From IMG/VR virus record IMGVR_UViG_3300021400_000761, positions 24,094-88,093 of that record: 64,000 bases of DNA; one strand, written 5' to 3'. Shown piece after piece: positions 18,541 to 32,300 of the stretch. This DNA comes from a virus (Duplodnaviria > Caudoviricetes). Under the pieces are notes generated by a model, which was not told where the DNA came from, ran no database searches, and saw nothing but the letters and a program-made list of their open reading frames with translations. A program made the translations under genes and the position numbers. Numbering within the stretch: position 1 is the first letter of the stretch; the number at the start of each line of letters is the position of its first letter.

Positions 18541-19226
18541 AAATTTGCGCGATAAGTGATCTTCATGGTTACTTACCTACTAATATTGTCCCCTGCGATA
18601 TAGTTCTTATCGTTGGGGACATTTTACCTTTAAAGGTCCAATCAGACGTTTTGAGAGCGGAAATGTGGACAATGAGTAATCTATCAAACTGGATACAGAA
18701 CTTGCCGTGTACCCACTGTATCGGCGTTCTAGGCAATCACGACGTGGCATATTCTAGAAAATGTGCAATTTTAGATAGATTGTGTAAAGCCACAAAAAAT
18801 AAAGTTGAATTCTTAGAAAACACAGAAACCAATGTTATATTTGAAGATAGAACAATTAAAATATGGGGCAGTCCGTGGTGTAAGATATTCGGTGACTGGG
18901 CATATATGGCCAGCGATGAAAAATTACAGGAATATTATTCTACGATGCCGAAATTCTGTGATATAGTTATAACACACGATGCTCCAGCTGCTGGAGATTT
19001 AGGTACTATAACAGAAGGATTTCAAAAAGGTGTAAAAGCAGGTAATAAAGTACTTGCTAAAATAATAAAAGAAAAACAGCCACAAATAGCATTATCTGGA
19101 CATATTCATTCTTCAAATCATAAATTAGAAAAGAAGAAGGGATTTGGAAATACGTTATTTGCAACTGTTAGTCTTGTTAACGAGAATTATCAACCGATTT
19201 ATGAACCTTTATATTTTGAAATATGA
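18528..19226 (+). CDS. calcineurin-like metallophosphoesterase
   Basis: Motifs SDLHG, VGD, GNHD, ITHDAP and GHIH. Confidence 0.92.
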   Translation: MDKIKICAISDLHGYLPTNIVPCDIVLIVGDILPLKVQSDVLRAEMWTMSNLSNWIQNLPCTHCIGVLGNHDVAYSRKCAILDRLCKATKNKVEFLENTETNVIFEDRTIKIWGSPWCKIFGDWAYMASDEKLQEYYSTMPKFCDIVITHDAPAAGDLGTITEGFQKGVKAGNKVLAKIIKEKQPQIALSGHIHSSNHKLEKKKGFGNTLFATVSLVNENYQPIYEPLYFEI

Positions 19227-20251
19227 AGAACGATATTAAATATTATTTTAATAACTTATTAAAGAATGATGTAAGTATAGAAGAATATAGTGATGATGCT
19301 TTTATGTATCGTCTATTCTATGAAATTCATGGTACAGTACCTTATGTAATGTATTTCTTTGATGGAATTGATGAAGACGATAATGAGGAATTAATCAATG
19401 GTGAATTTGATTGGAAAGAAACTAGTAAGCTTATTAAAAAGATTCCTGGATGCGAAACTTATAAGTGGAAAGGTAATACAATTTACTATACTGATGATTG
19501 GATTTGTCATAAAGGAACTATCTTTAATATATCGCCAGATATTCCAGAAGAATTATCTAATTGTATTCAAATAACTAAAAAGGATACTGCTAATCTAATT
19601 TTTGTGTCAGTTTCTAATAAAGGACAATTTATTAAGCGTCTATTGCCTGTTAATGAGTTGGACATTGATTATGATATAAATTACAATGAAGATTTCCCGC
19701 ATGAAAAAATTGAGGAAATACTTACAGGTGATAAATCTTCTCTCTTACTTATGTTTGGAATTCCTGGCACTGGTAAAACCTCGTTTCTACGTAAAATGAT
19801 TAAAGATCATCCTGAGCAAAAGTTCTATTGGTTAGATAGTAGTATGTTTAGCATGATTAACAGTACTGAGTTTATGGAGTTCCTACTTGATAGCAAGGGT
19901 GGAGTATTTGTTCTTGAAGATTGTGAATCTGTTGTTAAAGATAGAAATACAAATTATAACAATTTGATTACTCCTATTCTTAACATTTCTGACGGTATGC
20001 TCGGTGATTCCCTAAAGTTAAAGTTCTTCTGTACCTTTAATACTAGTCTTAAAAATATAGATCAAGCATTACTTAGAAAAGGCAGATTGTCATTAAAATA
20101 TGAATTTGGTAAACTAAAGAAAGATCGAGTTCAAAAGTTATTCGATAAGCTTGGTATTGATGCAACCGCTACTCAAGATATGGCTCTTTGTGATGTTTAT
20201 AACTATCTTGAAGATAATGGCCAAAAAGAAACGAAGAAGATTGGATTTTGA
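19223..20251 (+). CDS. AAA+ ATPase
   Basis: Walker A GIPGTGKT, Walker B VLEDCE, and IDQALLRKGRL (Arg finger region). Confidence 0.9.
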   Translation: MKNDIKYYFNNLLKNDVSIEEYSDDAFMYRLFYEIHGTVPYVMYFFDGIDEDDNEELINGEFDWKETSKLIKKIPGCETYKWKGNTIYYTDDWICHKGTIFNISPDIPEELSNCIQITKKDTANLIFVSVSNKGQFIKRLLPVNELDIDYDINYNEDFPHEKIEEILTGDKSSLLLMFGIPGTGKTSFLRKMIKDHPEQKFYWLDSSMFSMINSTEFMEFLLDSKGGVFVLEDCESVVKDRNTNYNNLITPILNISDGMLGDSLKLKFFCTFNTSLKNIDQALLRKGRLSLKYEFGKLKKDRVQKLFDKLGIDATATQDMALCDVYNYLEDNGQKETKKIGF

Positions 20252-20378
20252 TATAATACGAGAATATCCAACTAATCGTATATATTATTCTCCAGCTAGA
20301 TTTAGAGGAATCAGATATAGTAAACTTTTAGGATTTATAGAATTAAAAGGAATTAGACATTGGTCTGATTGTATATAA
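20241..20378 (+). CDS. possible small hypothetical protein
   Basis: TTG start overlapping the ATPase stop; the start is uncertain. Confidence 0.35.
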   Translation: MDFDIIREYPTNRIYYSPARFRGIRYSKLLGFIELKGIRHWSDCI

Positions 20379-20385
20379 AATAAGT

Positions 20386-20434
20386 AAGCCCGATAGCTTA
20401 GGATTAATTTCCTAGGTTATCGGGCTTTTTTTTT
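20386..20434. terminator. terminator hairpin between the convergent arms, probably bidirectional
   Basis: 18-bp stem AAGCCCGATAGCTTAGGA / TCCTAGGTTATCGGGCTT (two G-U pairs), 6-nt loop, T-run on +, weaker T-tract on -. Confidence 0.88.
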
Positions 20435-20436
20435 CG

Positions 20437-23400
20437 TTATTCTTCTGGATCTTTCCATATATAATCAAATACTTCATGTATTTGTCTTGTTGCAGATGTA
20501 CTTTTTTCTACAGTTTTCTTTAGACTCTAAGAACCAGTTAAAAAATTACGCCAGTTATTATAAGTATTAGTCATCATTGATATTGAGAAAGGTGTCCAAT
20601 CTATACCTCTACCTCCGATAGATTCTAAGAAATTAAAATCCATTACAGAAGTTTTTAACAACGATGCTCCTAAAGATAAAGAATTATTTGTAATAGCTTG
20701 TGCTAAATTATCGGCTTCATTTTCATTTACATAACTTTTAGCTTGTTGTTGTAAAGATCTAAACGCAAGTTGTCCTACAATTAACCATACAAATAAATCA
20801 TAACTTAAAGCTTTTAGATTGTGAATGTACGCATCTCTTAACTCTTCTGGAACTTCTTTAAACATATTTTTCTTCATATATCTTATCCCTTCAGGTAAGC
20901 CTTGTATCAATCCTTTATCATATTCTTGTGCTCCAAGTTGGATCAATTCTCTAATATGATTCAATGTTAATAAAATACCTTCTTCAAATCTACCTTTCCA
21001 AACTATATAAGCTATACCAGTATTTATATGTGTAGGTCTTCCATTAGAATCCATATATTGTGGAATTCCATCAATTTCTAACTATTCAAAAGATCCGTTT
21101 ATTTTTACACCAGACGACTATGCATATTGGTTCTTTTTACCAGACCAATAAGTATACATTTGTAATAACATAGCTCCTAATAATTCACTTTGAATCAATG
21201 CTTTCTTTTCATGTGCATAGTATCCATATAATAAATCAGATACCGATTTATAAGCTTCTGATTGATTTGTTGTGTAAGCTTTAGGTAATATATCACCTTT
21301 CTGTATTAAGCGTTTATTTCCATTTTTATCAGTTACTTTAGTTCCTTCAAAGGCCATTTGTTCTACATAGTTTGTATATAAACCTAATTGTTTTGCTAAT
21401 ACTGTATCATTACTGTTTCTAGCTATTTCCTAAATATCACTTACTGATTTTCCATTTTCTATATATTTTGCTACTTTATCAAATCTTTCATCAAGTTTCC
21501 AATCATATACTAACACACCATTCTTTTTACTATGTGCATTTACACATCCATCATGATACATATGTGCTCTAAATATAGCCTGTCTGTTATAAAAATCAGG
21601 TCTAGATGAAAATCTAAAACAAACTGTCTAAAAGTTATATAATAATGATTTATCATCGATAACTCTTTCAACATATGTATCTGGATGCATATCCATATCA
21701 TTTAATGCATAGAATTCATTTATTAACTCAAGAACAGATCTTTCATTCCCATAATGAAACGCTTCTTTCATTACATCTTTAAAAGCTTTTAACATATCTG
21801 ACGATGAAAAATTATAAGATCCGTCTGGTTTTGTTACTATTAATTTAATGTCTTTCCATAAACCTTCAATTACCTAATAGAATTGTTTTAAGTTAAAACC
21901 TAAAGCTAACGTGGAAGCTCCTCTCATTAAACCAGATTTATACGCATTTATTGCTTTATATTTATCTGGAATTAATGATTTATTGAATATTTTATTTTTA
22001 ACGTAATCTTCTAGATATTGTATATCTTCAGTATATTCATGACCTTGCATTATCTATTGATACTATATATTTAATATACCAGCTTTAATTAAAGGTAATA
22101 TATCATTCATAATATCTCTCTATCTATAGGCAAACTCATGTTTTAATATCAAAGTTTCTAAGTCTCTTTCAAAATATTCTAGTCCATTGTCCTCTATTAA
22201 ACGCTATCTTCCTATTTCTGATTCTCCAGCATCAAACATCGTAGTCATCTCCCATAAATTAGCTCTATGTATTGAATGCAATGGTATATCTACAGTTTTA
22301 TTTAAATTTTCTTCAGATTGTAAATCAGATGGCTCTGATATTGGTAATTGTTGTTCTTCTCCTTCCTACAATTCAAAACCAGCTTCTCTATTTATAGCAT
22401 CCTATTTAGCTTTACTAGGTAATAAAAATTTTAATCTAGATCTGATAGCATTTAACATACCTTGAGCAGATATTGCAGAATTCATCTTACCTGGAGTTAA
22501 CGGAACTCTGTAATATCCTAAATTACCAGAATCTCTCATTTTATCTAGCATTTCATCTGTTAAGTTACTGTATCTATTTTTATTAATTACTCTTAAAGCT
22601 AGTTCTAACACTCTTTTTAATTCTGGCTCTCCTTCTAAAGATGGATCATCTAATCTTTTAAATACTAAATCTGTATCATTTTCTACATCGTTGCCTTCTG
22701 CAAATAAAGGCTTAAATAAATCTACTTTGTTTTTCCACAATTTTCCACTAATGTATCCAAAACCTTTTGCTTTTTTTAACGCATTTATAGCATCCCTTAA
22801 TTCAGCTTTCAGTTCCTATATTTCCTAACGTAGATTTTGATAGCCTTCTGTTGTAAGTCTAACTGATTTATTTAAGTTTTCATTTTTTAATCGTCCTGGA
22901 TTATCTATTCTTGTACCTGTAGCACCAGATTTTAATATATTTATTGAATCTAATATTCTGTCGCTGTCTGCAAATTGTTGTAAATAGTTAACGTTACTTA
23001 GATAACTTATAGCCTAATTTACTCTAAAATATAGTAGTTCTGCATCATCTGTGGTATCCCAATCTTTTGGTATTTCTTTAAGTTGTGGAAATTTACTTTC
23101 CATATTAGTTTTCAATTTTTTTAGTTCTGCAGTAACTTCTATAATGTTATCAAACCCTGTTACTTCTCTATCAAAAACAGTTGTACTTGCTATAAATTTA
23201 TTCCATTTTGTATCATGAATATTCGTATGCTTCTTTATTATAGTTTCATATTCGTTAACAAATTGCTAATACGAATCATTAAATTTTATAGCTCCGTTAT
23301 AAAAATTATTTATTTTTAAATTAACATCTTTTCCAGTCGCTTTACTTTTTTCATTACTAAGTTCATCTAATCTATTAAAATTATATATTATTTGTTCATT

Positions 23401-25344
23401 AGGTGCCCATGTTCCAGAAGCTAATGTAGGATTCAATACTCGGATTTCGTTAATAAATTTTCCACGTAGTGTTTCTGGTATAGCATTTAACAGTAACATA
23501 GTTTTCATTATTTCTATATTACCATTCATGCTTTCAAATACCATTTTATTTCTAGATTCTTCTATAACATCATCTGAAAATTTTGCTGTAATTTTTTTCC
23601 TTCCTCTAGCCTAAATATTGTATCCAAATAATACTTTATCGCTAATTTTTATAACATCAACTGCATTCGTATAATTATTTTTTACTAAAATGACCCCGAG
23701 ATTTCTTAATTGTTTTGCAGAATCATTATCTATTACGGTATAATTTCCGTCATAGTATTTTTTTAAGGTCTCATTTATCCATTTGGATGAACCATCTTCA
23801 AACTCAAATACTGGGAAAAGATCAGAATATAGTGTAGGATCTTCTCCAGAAACGGTAGAACTTATAACATCTGCTAATCTATTAGTAAAAACTTCAACTT
23901 TTACTCTATTATGTTCTAGTACTTTTTTTAGCCAATCACGTAATTCTTTTTCAGTTTTAAATTTTTTAATTTCACCTGACGGAGTTTTATACTCAAACAT
24001 AGAACTTGCTTTATTCTTCTTAGCTCTTCTCTAAATTATTGCTGTAATATCTTCATCTGTATATTCGTTTCTATCTACAGCATTAAATAGATTATTTATA
24101 TCATTTTGATAATTAGTTAATAGTTGTTCTATTGGAGCATCAGGAGTAGATAAGTTAGTAAAATACTATTTTAAGGTAGCTTGTATATTAGCAGTTTCTT
24201 GAATGTTTTCTGATAAATTATCTATATAATTATCGTATGCTTTAATTTTATCAAAAATCCATTTACCTTTCTCATCTTTATGAAAATTAGTTAACTACAT
24301 TGGAGCTACATAATTCTACGTACTTGAATTACCAAATCCTAATTGTTGAGTTAATAAATTATAGGCAGATAACTAATATTTAAACGCCTAAACTTTTGCT
24401 GAAGAATAACCATTTGGAGAATCTAATTGTTCACTATAATCTTCTGGTGAAGTTTTATAATCTATAATATGAGTTTTTCCATATTTATCAGTAACTAATA
24501 AGTCTATTTTACCTAATACCTATTGTTGTTCGCCCTAATCGTCTACAAAGTTTCCCCATATAATATATTCTGGATAAAATGTTAAATCATCGTGATCTAA
24601 ATATTTACATAAATATTTATACAAACTTTTTCCATAATGTATTACATCTCTTATGTTTTCTTCAGAAAGTAAATCCTAATTAACTGTATCTTTTATGTAT
24701 TTAAATAACTGTTCTTCAGTAAATTCGTAGTATTTTAACGTTTTTCCATCTTCTGTTTTTGATGTTCTAAATATTTTCTGTAAAATTCCATGAATTTCTG
24801 TACCTATTCTTCCCTAGAAAACCCATTTTTCCTCTAGAATTTTTCTAAATTCTTTAAACTATTCTGTGGTAAACGTCTAATTAATTTTAGATGTATCTCC
24901 ATCAAAGAAATCTACAACTTCTCTTGTTGTAAAAACATGAGAAGCCCATTGTTCTTCTTTCCTTGGAAAGTATCCATCTCTTTGTCCATCTTCATTTATA
25001 AATTCAGGTCTAAATTCTGGAAAAAGTAGTTTTCCAGTTTTAGGATTACGACACCCTGATAAAAATTTAGTAATAGCTATATATGGTGGTTTAACAGTTT
25101 CTTGCTCTAAATCAACATGTCCGGGAGTATTATCCTAATTTCTAGTAAACTTTTCACTTAAACGTCTCTAACCTTCTTCTTTATAACTTTCTATTTTATT
25201 ATCTGTTATTAATTGTGCAGTTGGCTTGTTAAAAACCATATCACCATAAGCACTATATAGTTTATGTCCAGATGCTAATAAAAAATCATCCAATTCTAAC
25301 TCAGAATTAAATGTTTTACCTTTATATTCAAATGTACATGTCAT
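20437..25344 (-). CDS. large virion (ejection-type) protein with PD-(D/E)XK nuclease domain, about 1635 aa (TAG=Gln)
   Basis: Track fragments ending at 25350, 24000, 23544, 22740, 21357 and 21054 share one frame. Motifs GTEIHGILQ, KIDLLV...IIDYKT and Y[TAG]LSAY. Stop TAA at 20437-20439. Confidence 0.8.
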
Positions 25345-26393
25345 ACACAAATTTGTTTAAGATCATTTGATTTCATTAAGTCGGATTTTACATTATTGAG
25401 TAATCTATGTATATAAGTTTCTGATAATAATCCACTAAAATTATTTACTAATCTTTCAGACTAAACTATTTTTCCAATTTCTAATAATGTCATACCAGCC
25501 ATATCATTCATTGGAATAGTTTTAACACTGTAGTTACCCATTAATAAAGTGTCCAAATTTCTTTGTATCTCATAGAATATATCATGAAATAGTTCTTTAG
25601 GGATTTTACTATTTTTAGATGTTAATAACTATGCTACTTGATCTACTAAAACTTCTTCACTAGCATCATTAATAGTTCTACCAATATACTATTTTATGTA
25701 TTTTGAAAATTCAGGTAGGTTCTATACATATTCTAAAAGTGTAGTATATGATTGTGGATTAGTAAATCTCATAGCTCCTACTAATAAGTGTAACATTTCA
25801 TGAATTGGAGAATTTACATCTGCTTTATCTATATTAATATAAATATCCCCATTATATATGAAAGCTTTACTATCAGTAATATGTAAGTCTAAGAACTATT
25901 CTTCTATCTATTTATCAGTAATCATTTTAAACTTAATACCATACTAATTTGCCATCTTATATAATCCATCAACAAAAAATGTAGTGGAATCAGGATCATT
26001 TATATCTAAATTTAATGGCTCTTTTATATCATTATCGTTTGGTCTATCTTTTATCTTAATTATAGTTTCTTCAACTGTGGGTATTAGTTCAATTTCTTTA
26101 TCTCTAAATATAGAATTTAACTTTTGTTGTGCAGTTGTTATATCCTATTCTAATGTAAAATCTTTTACTTTCTGCATATCCACATATTTGGTAGATGTAC
26201 CACTTACTTCTAATTCTTTATATAGGTATTCTCTAGAATTTGCATTTGGAATTTCATCTAAATATGGATCTCTACCATACTATTCTCTAAAAGATCCTAC
26301 AAAGTTTTTTAATGTCTCATTTTCAGAAGAGATACCAGATCTCTTTGACAAGATCTGGTATTCTCTATCATTCGGTAAAATACAATAACTCAT
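25341..26393 (-). CDS. zincin-like metallopeptidase domain protein, 350 aa (TAG=Gln)
   Basis: MSYCILP... start; HEMLH at 25788-25802; downstream EEVLV; ends KQICV-TGA. Confidence 0.78.
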
Positions 26394-26394
26394 A

Positions 26395-29300
26395 TTAACA
26401 AGGTTTCTATGATCCGTCTATTAAAGCATATAAAACATCTAAATCTATAACTGGAACATACTTTCCTGATTTAGAATCATATCTTGCTTTAGCATTTACT
26501 TCTATTTCTGCTCCCTTACCTATAGTAAATATAAATTTGGTTCTTCCTTTCTATGTTACCCGTTCAACTTTTTGTACCTTTTTTAATTTACTCATGTAAC
26601 CAGGTGTTGAAAAATTTAAAGTGAATCCCCATTCATCTGAAAGATTGCCTCTACTATTTTTTAATTCATATTTATCTACATCTAAGCCTATTTCCTATGC
26701 TTGTTCAGATCTCATTTGTAATTCTTTTGGAGGAATCAAAGCATAAAGATTATGTGCATGGTTATACATATCTATTTCCCAATAAGCTTTTAAACCTTTA
26801 GCTTCTGCTTGTTGTCTAGTGGCTGTTGGAGCAAATGTCATAACAGAATTTTCTGTATAATCTGTACTCTATGTACGACCTAAGAACGCATGATATTCTC
26901 TGATTCTTGGAAGATCATTTATTAATCTATTAAAGACCGGAGTTAAAGAATTTTTTAAGGTTCTATTATTGTATAATATTAAGTTATAATACCAGAATAA
27001 ATCTCCTAAATTATATTTCTATCCGTTTATAGTATAAGTCTTATCTTTTAGTTTTCTAAATCCATCTGATACTTTAGCTAATTGTACTATTTCAGCATCA
27101 TTTTTAGGTATAGCTTCTATATCTAATCTATACGCTTGCTAAAAAGTTTTATTAGGAGTTATACTTAACATAGTAGGTAATAAGCTTTTAACAAATTCGT
27201 TATTTGAATAATTTATTTGAGTACCTATTCCTCTATTAAATCTTAAATCCGGAATTAATATTTCATTCATAAATTTTACGAACAGAAAATTATCTACATC
27301 TGAGCCTAACTTAATTTTTTTTGAAAATTCAAGTACATTAGAATCTAAAGAATACATAATGGGTACTTCCATTTCATAATTATCATTTATCAAATAATCA
27401 TTTATTCTATCACGTAATAAACTAGCTTGAAAAGCATTCACCGTATCGTCTTCCACTTTTCCTACAAATTTTTTAAGATCGTTAAATCCTTTTTCATATA
27501 ATAATTTATATGTAGATGATAAACTTAGAGCTTTGTGCTAAATATATAAGGCATCAAAATAGCTCTAATAATGTTTTAATGAATTTATTACATTGAATAT
27601 ATTAAAAGAAACTTTTTTTGTTTTCTCATATCTTTGTGCAACATCGGATCTATATCTTTTACTACTTAAATACGATTCAACATTTATTTCTTGTTTCTTT
27701 CCGTTTTCATCTTGTGTTGATCCAGCTCTCTACAAATTATATAAGAAATTAAGGATATCTCTAGTATTTGTTTTTAAGCCTTGATTCAAACCTAACCAAC
27801 CTCTAAGAGTAGACAATTCTTGCTAACCAATAAATAAAGTATTAATAGCTTTATATAATGGTGATTTTATATCTACTATTTCAGTTATGGTTTTAACATC
27901 TCCATCTACAGAAATATCTCTATGACGTTCCTCTGTTCCTAATGAAATAGTATCATTATATATTATTTCTAATTCTTTTCTCTTCTTTTTTATTATATCT
28001 CTATATCTATATAATGCATTTTTAACAGAATAGTCAATTTGTTTACTTTCATTTAAGTAATTTAATAATTCTGATAATAAAGATTCAAATTCTTTTATTT
28101 GAGATAGAGATTTAAAACTTCCAGGTTTAACGTGAACTTCCTATTTTTTAGTAGTTCCATCTTTGTCTTGAACTTCATGAATTTCTTTCTTTGCAATATA
28201 GTATGTATGTAATCTATTATCGTATCCTACTGTTAATTCATTTGCAAATTTACGTTCTTTTGGAGCTTTTCTTAATTGTTGCTAAAGATAATATAAAGCA
28301 GAATTTATTGATCTAAACTCTCCGTTTTCATCCATCATATCTTTTTGTCGGGCGTCAATACTTTCTCGTCTTTCATTATCTCTAATTCTAACTTCAAAAT
28401 CTTTAAAATTCGGAATTTCTTTTATTTTTTGTAATGCTGCCATTGGATCCATAAGTCCGACTCTATTTAAATATATATCATCTGTCATATAAGATAATAA
28501 TATTTTTGCAGTTTGAGAGGTTAATATTTTTGAAACTTCTTCCTATGGAATACCTACATAAGCAGCATAAAGATACATTCCCATGAAATCTGGATTTGCA
28601 TTTAATTCACCTAATTTTAATTCTTTTGCATTATCGACTGCAAGAGAAACCCATGCTGATACTGTATCTCTAGTATCTACATTATTTCTAGCTTCTAAGA
28701 CTATTTGTTTTAAATTTTCAGGAAGTTTATTAATATCTAACCCAGATAATTGAGTTGCATTCTGTGATCTGTATACTATTTCTTTTAATTCTTCTGGAAC
28801 TTTATTTAAATCAAGATCAATACTAGATAATAAACCATAAGTTTTACCTAAAAATTCTATAGGTTTTATTATGTCTTCCCAATTTTTAGGATTTTTCCAA
28901 TCTTCTGTTGACTAAAGTTTTTTAACTTTTCTACTATAATAATATAGTAATGCATTATATGTTTTTACACCAATAGATGCAGCAACACCAACGCCATCTT
29001 TGCCTGTCATTACATTTGTTAATTCGTTAGATTTTGCTGATTCATCTCCTGGTAAATTTTTATGATTTCTAAAAAAGTTAGCAATTAAAGTTTTACTAGC
29101 AACACTTTTTAATGCTTCTGATGCATCATCAATCGGTGTTGTAGATCGCAATAAATTTTTAGGAGATTTTGAAATATAACATGACCAATGAACAACAAAG
29201 TTTTTTAAAGCATCTTCTGCTGTATCAGAATTTACTTTAGATAAATATCTATGATGTCTATTATATATTTCAATTAAATCAGAATACTTCTTTTTTAATT

Positions 29301-32300
29301 TTCCGTCTTTTAGATATTTAGAATCTAATTTAGTAACATCATAGGACATACTAACAAATTCTTCAGATAATAATTCTGATAACAATTTTAAATTATCTGG
29401 ATTAGATTCTATATCATATCTAATTTTACCTTTATTTAAGTTTCGTATATTATATTTCAATGAAGTGTATTTATCTAGTACATCTAAAATAGAACTTTCA
29501 AAACCTCTTGTAGCTGTACCTTCTTTTATTGTAAACACGTTACTTAATACAGGTAGCGGTAGATTTAATGAAGCATTCATTGTTTGTTCAGAACTTAAAT
29601 CAAAGAAAGGACTCCATCCAATAAATTTTCCAGATTTGTCTAGAGTGTATTCTAGGAATGTAGCTTTATCTACATCATAATCACTACCTTGTAAAAATAT
29701 CTACATATGATTTACATATGCATTATTTTTTCCATCTACAAAATCTGCAATATCCATTGTCATAAATGAAGACATACCTTGTGCAGGAATACGTGCTACA
29801 AGCGTTTCTAAGGATTTTTTAAATGAATTATATTGTTCGTCACTCTATTTTTTAAGTTTATATAGAACTTTATTTAATTCTTTAATATCTAAATCTGGAA
29901 TCTTGCCATTAAGTTGTAGCTAATCCTATAATATTCCAACTTCTAACTCAAACTAATCTCTATCAACTAATTTATCTTCTAATAACTCTGAACTAATGAT
30001 TTTTGTTCTATCTCCAGATATTAGAATGTTATATTTTTCATTTGCAATATACCATTCAGGATTTTTAGTTACAATTATTTGAGAATCACCATATTGATAT
30101 ATTAAATCCTATTCACTACTTAATTCCTATATACGATTATTTGCATCATCTATTTGATATACATGTTTATTACCATTTATAGTTTCTACTTCATAATCTA
30201 TTGGTAAGAACGTATAGTCAGGTTGATTTTGTAAATCATCTGAAGTAATATATATGTGTTTCCCGTTAAATCTTTTTAAAGCATACGAATAATGTTTTCC
30301 ACCTATATCAGATATAATATTTTTTAAATTTCTAGTTAAGAACCAATTCTTATCATTTAATATTTCTGGTACAGATACACCTTTTGGTAAACCTAATTGA
30401 CTAGCGTGTACTGATGGTAGAATTGCCTAATAATTCTAAATCTATATTGAAGATTTGTCTAATTTAATTTTTTTATAATGTTCACTAGAATCAAAAATAT
30501 AATGATACTATTCGTTATCTCCTTCTGTTGATATTGATGCCCAACCTTCTTCAAATAGCTATCTCCATATTTTTATTTCATTTTGATCCATTTGTCCAAC
30601 ATTAGCTGAAATCAAATTGGATTGTTTCTTCAATAGTTCTAAACCTAGCGCTATTACTAAATTTTTATCGTATATAGGATCTGATAAATATTGCGAATCT
30701 CCGCGTTTTTCTATTTCTACAACTTGTCTAATATTATTATTAGTGAAATTTAATTCATATAAGTTTGTTTCAGGATTATATTGTAAATTAGTTCCTTCTA
30801 CTAATTTGAATGGGTTATTATATTCATTAAAGTCTCTTACATAAACATAATCTAATTTATTATCTGCTAATTGTGATAACATATTTTGCATTATTCTTCG
30901 GAGATTTTTATTTGTTCGTTGCTTTGCAGCATACTATACTACTTTCATATCCCAAATTTGATACTATGTAGCTATTCCATTTTCTCCAGAATCTCTAAAC
31001 AAAATATTATAACTCTTAAGATCAGATCCAAATAGTTTTATTTTTGATATTTTAGCGTTATTAGCTCTATAATGTCTAAGTAACTATTCTGCAAGAGCAG
31101 TTCTATTAAATATATACGATATCGATCCATCAGCTTTTTCTAACTTATATATATCAGTATAAGTAGTATCTGTTTCTGGAAGTTCTTGATAAAAATGTTC
31201 TATAATTCTATACCCTTGACTCTATAAAGTTCTTAATCTGTTATAATCATTACTATCTCTAACAGTTATGTATTCTGTTTCTACATCATCCTTTATCGCC
31301 TTATAAGTTCTTTCAAACTATATAAAAGAAACTTCTCTCGGATTAATTATAAAATAACTAGGATCTGTAAAATCAGATAATTTTCTTCCACTCATTTCTT
31401 GTCCATCTATTTTTGCAGTATAAGTTTTTTGTATACCCCAAGATGGATTAAGCACTGATAATGTACCCGTAAATTTCTATCTAATTGTTTCCGAACTTAA
31501 TTTACTACTAATTAATGATATTAAATAATTATAAACACTAGGATCGTCAAATGATAAATATTGAGATAATTCCTAATACGTTATAGGAGTTTTATCTTTT
31601 TCATATTTATCAATAAGTGGCTATAATAATTTTTTAAGAGACGTTTCCTTTCTATCTTTTATTATAGATGTCAATAATAGATTAGATATTAAATTATCAA
31701 AATCTTCTTTATTGTTACTCATTAAAACATCGATAAATTCTTTATTTGTTAGATTAGACAATTCTGCTAATGCAGAATATACTTTTTCTGTTTCTATATA
31801 AGAATTACTTGAAGATAAACCCATCATAACCTAGGTCATGAGAGATACTTCTGATTGATCTACCTCATGCGTAGGATCTAACTATCTTCCAAACTATATA
31901 GCTCTCTATTTAGTTACATTTAAAAATCCTTCGTGTGTATATGCATCCATAGGATTGGGGTTAGTAAAACCTTTTTTACAAGCTCCTTCTGGTACAGCAT
32001 AAGATACTAATGCATCTTTTAACGGTTGTTGCACATGTAATTGAGTTAAATATCTAACTTTCTTTAAATCTTCTATATTTAAATTTCTAGGTCTTGCAAC
32101 ATTATTGACAGCTGTAACCATTTTACGTAATGATTCTTCTGATAATTCTAATAAGCCCTAATTATTTAAAGAACAACTATTTACTCCTCCGAATAATTGA
32201 TATAAGTCCCAATTGTTATTTATTTTGACGTTTCTTATAGGAATCTAACTTCTTTTTCCATCTTTATTAACTTTAATAGATCCATTCTTATTAACTTCAG

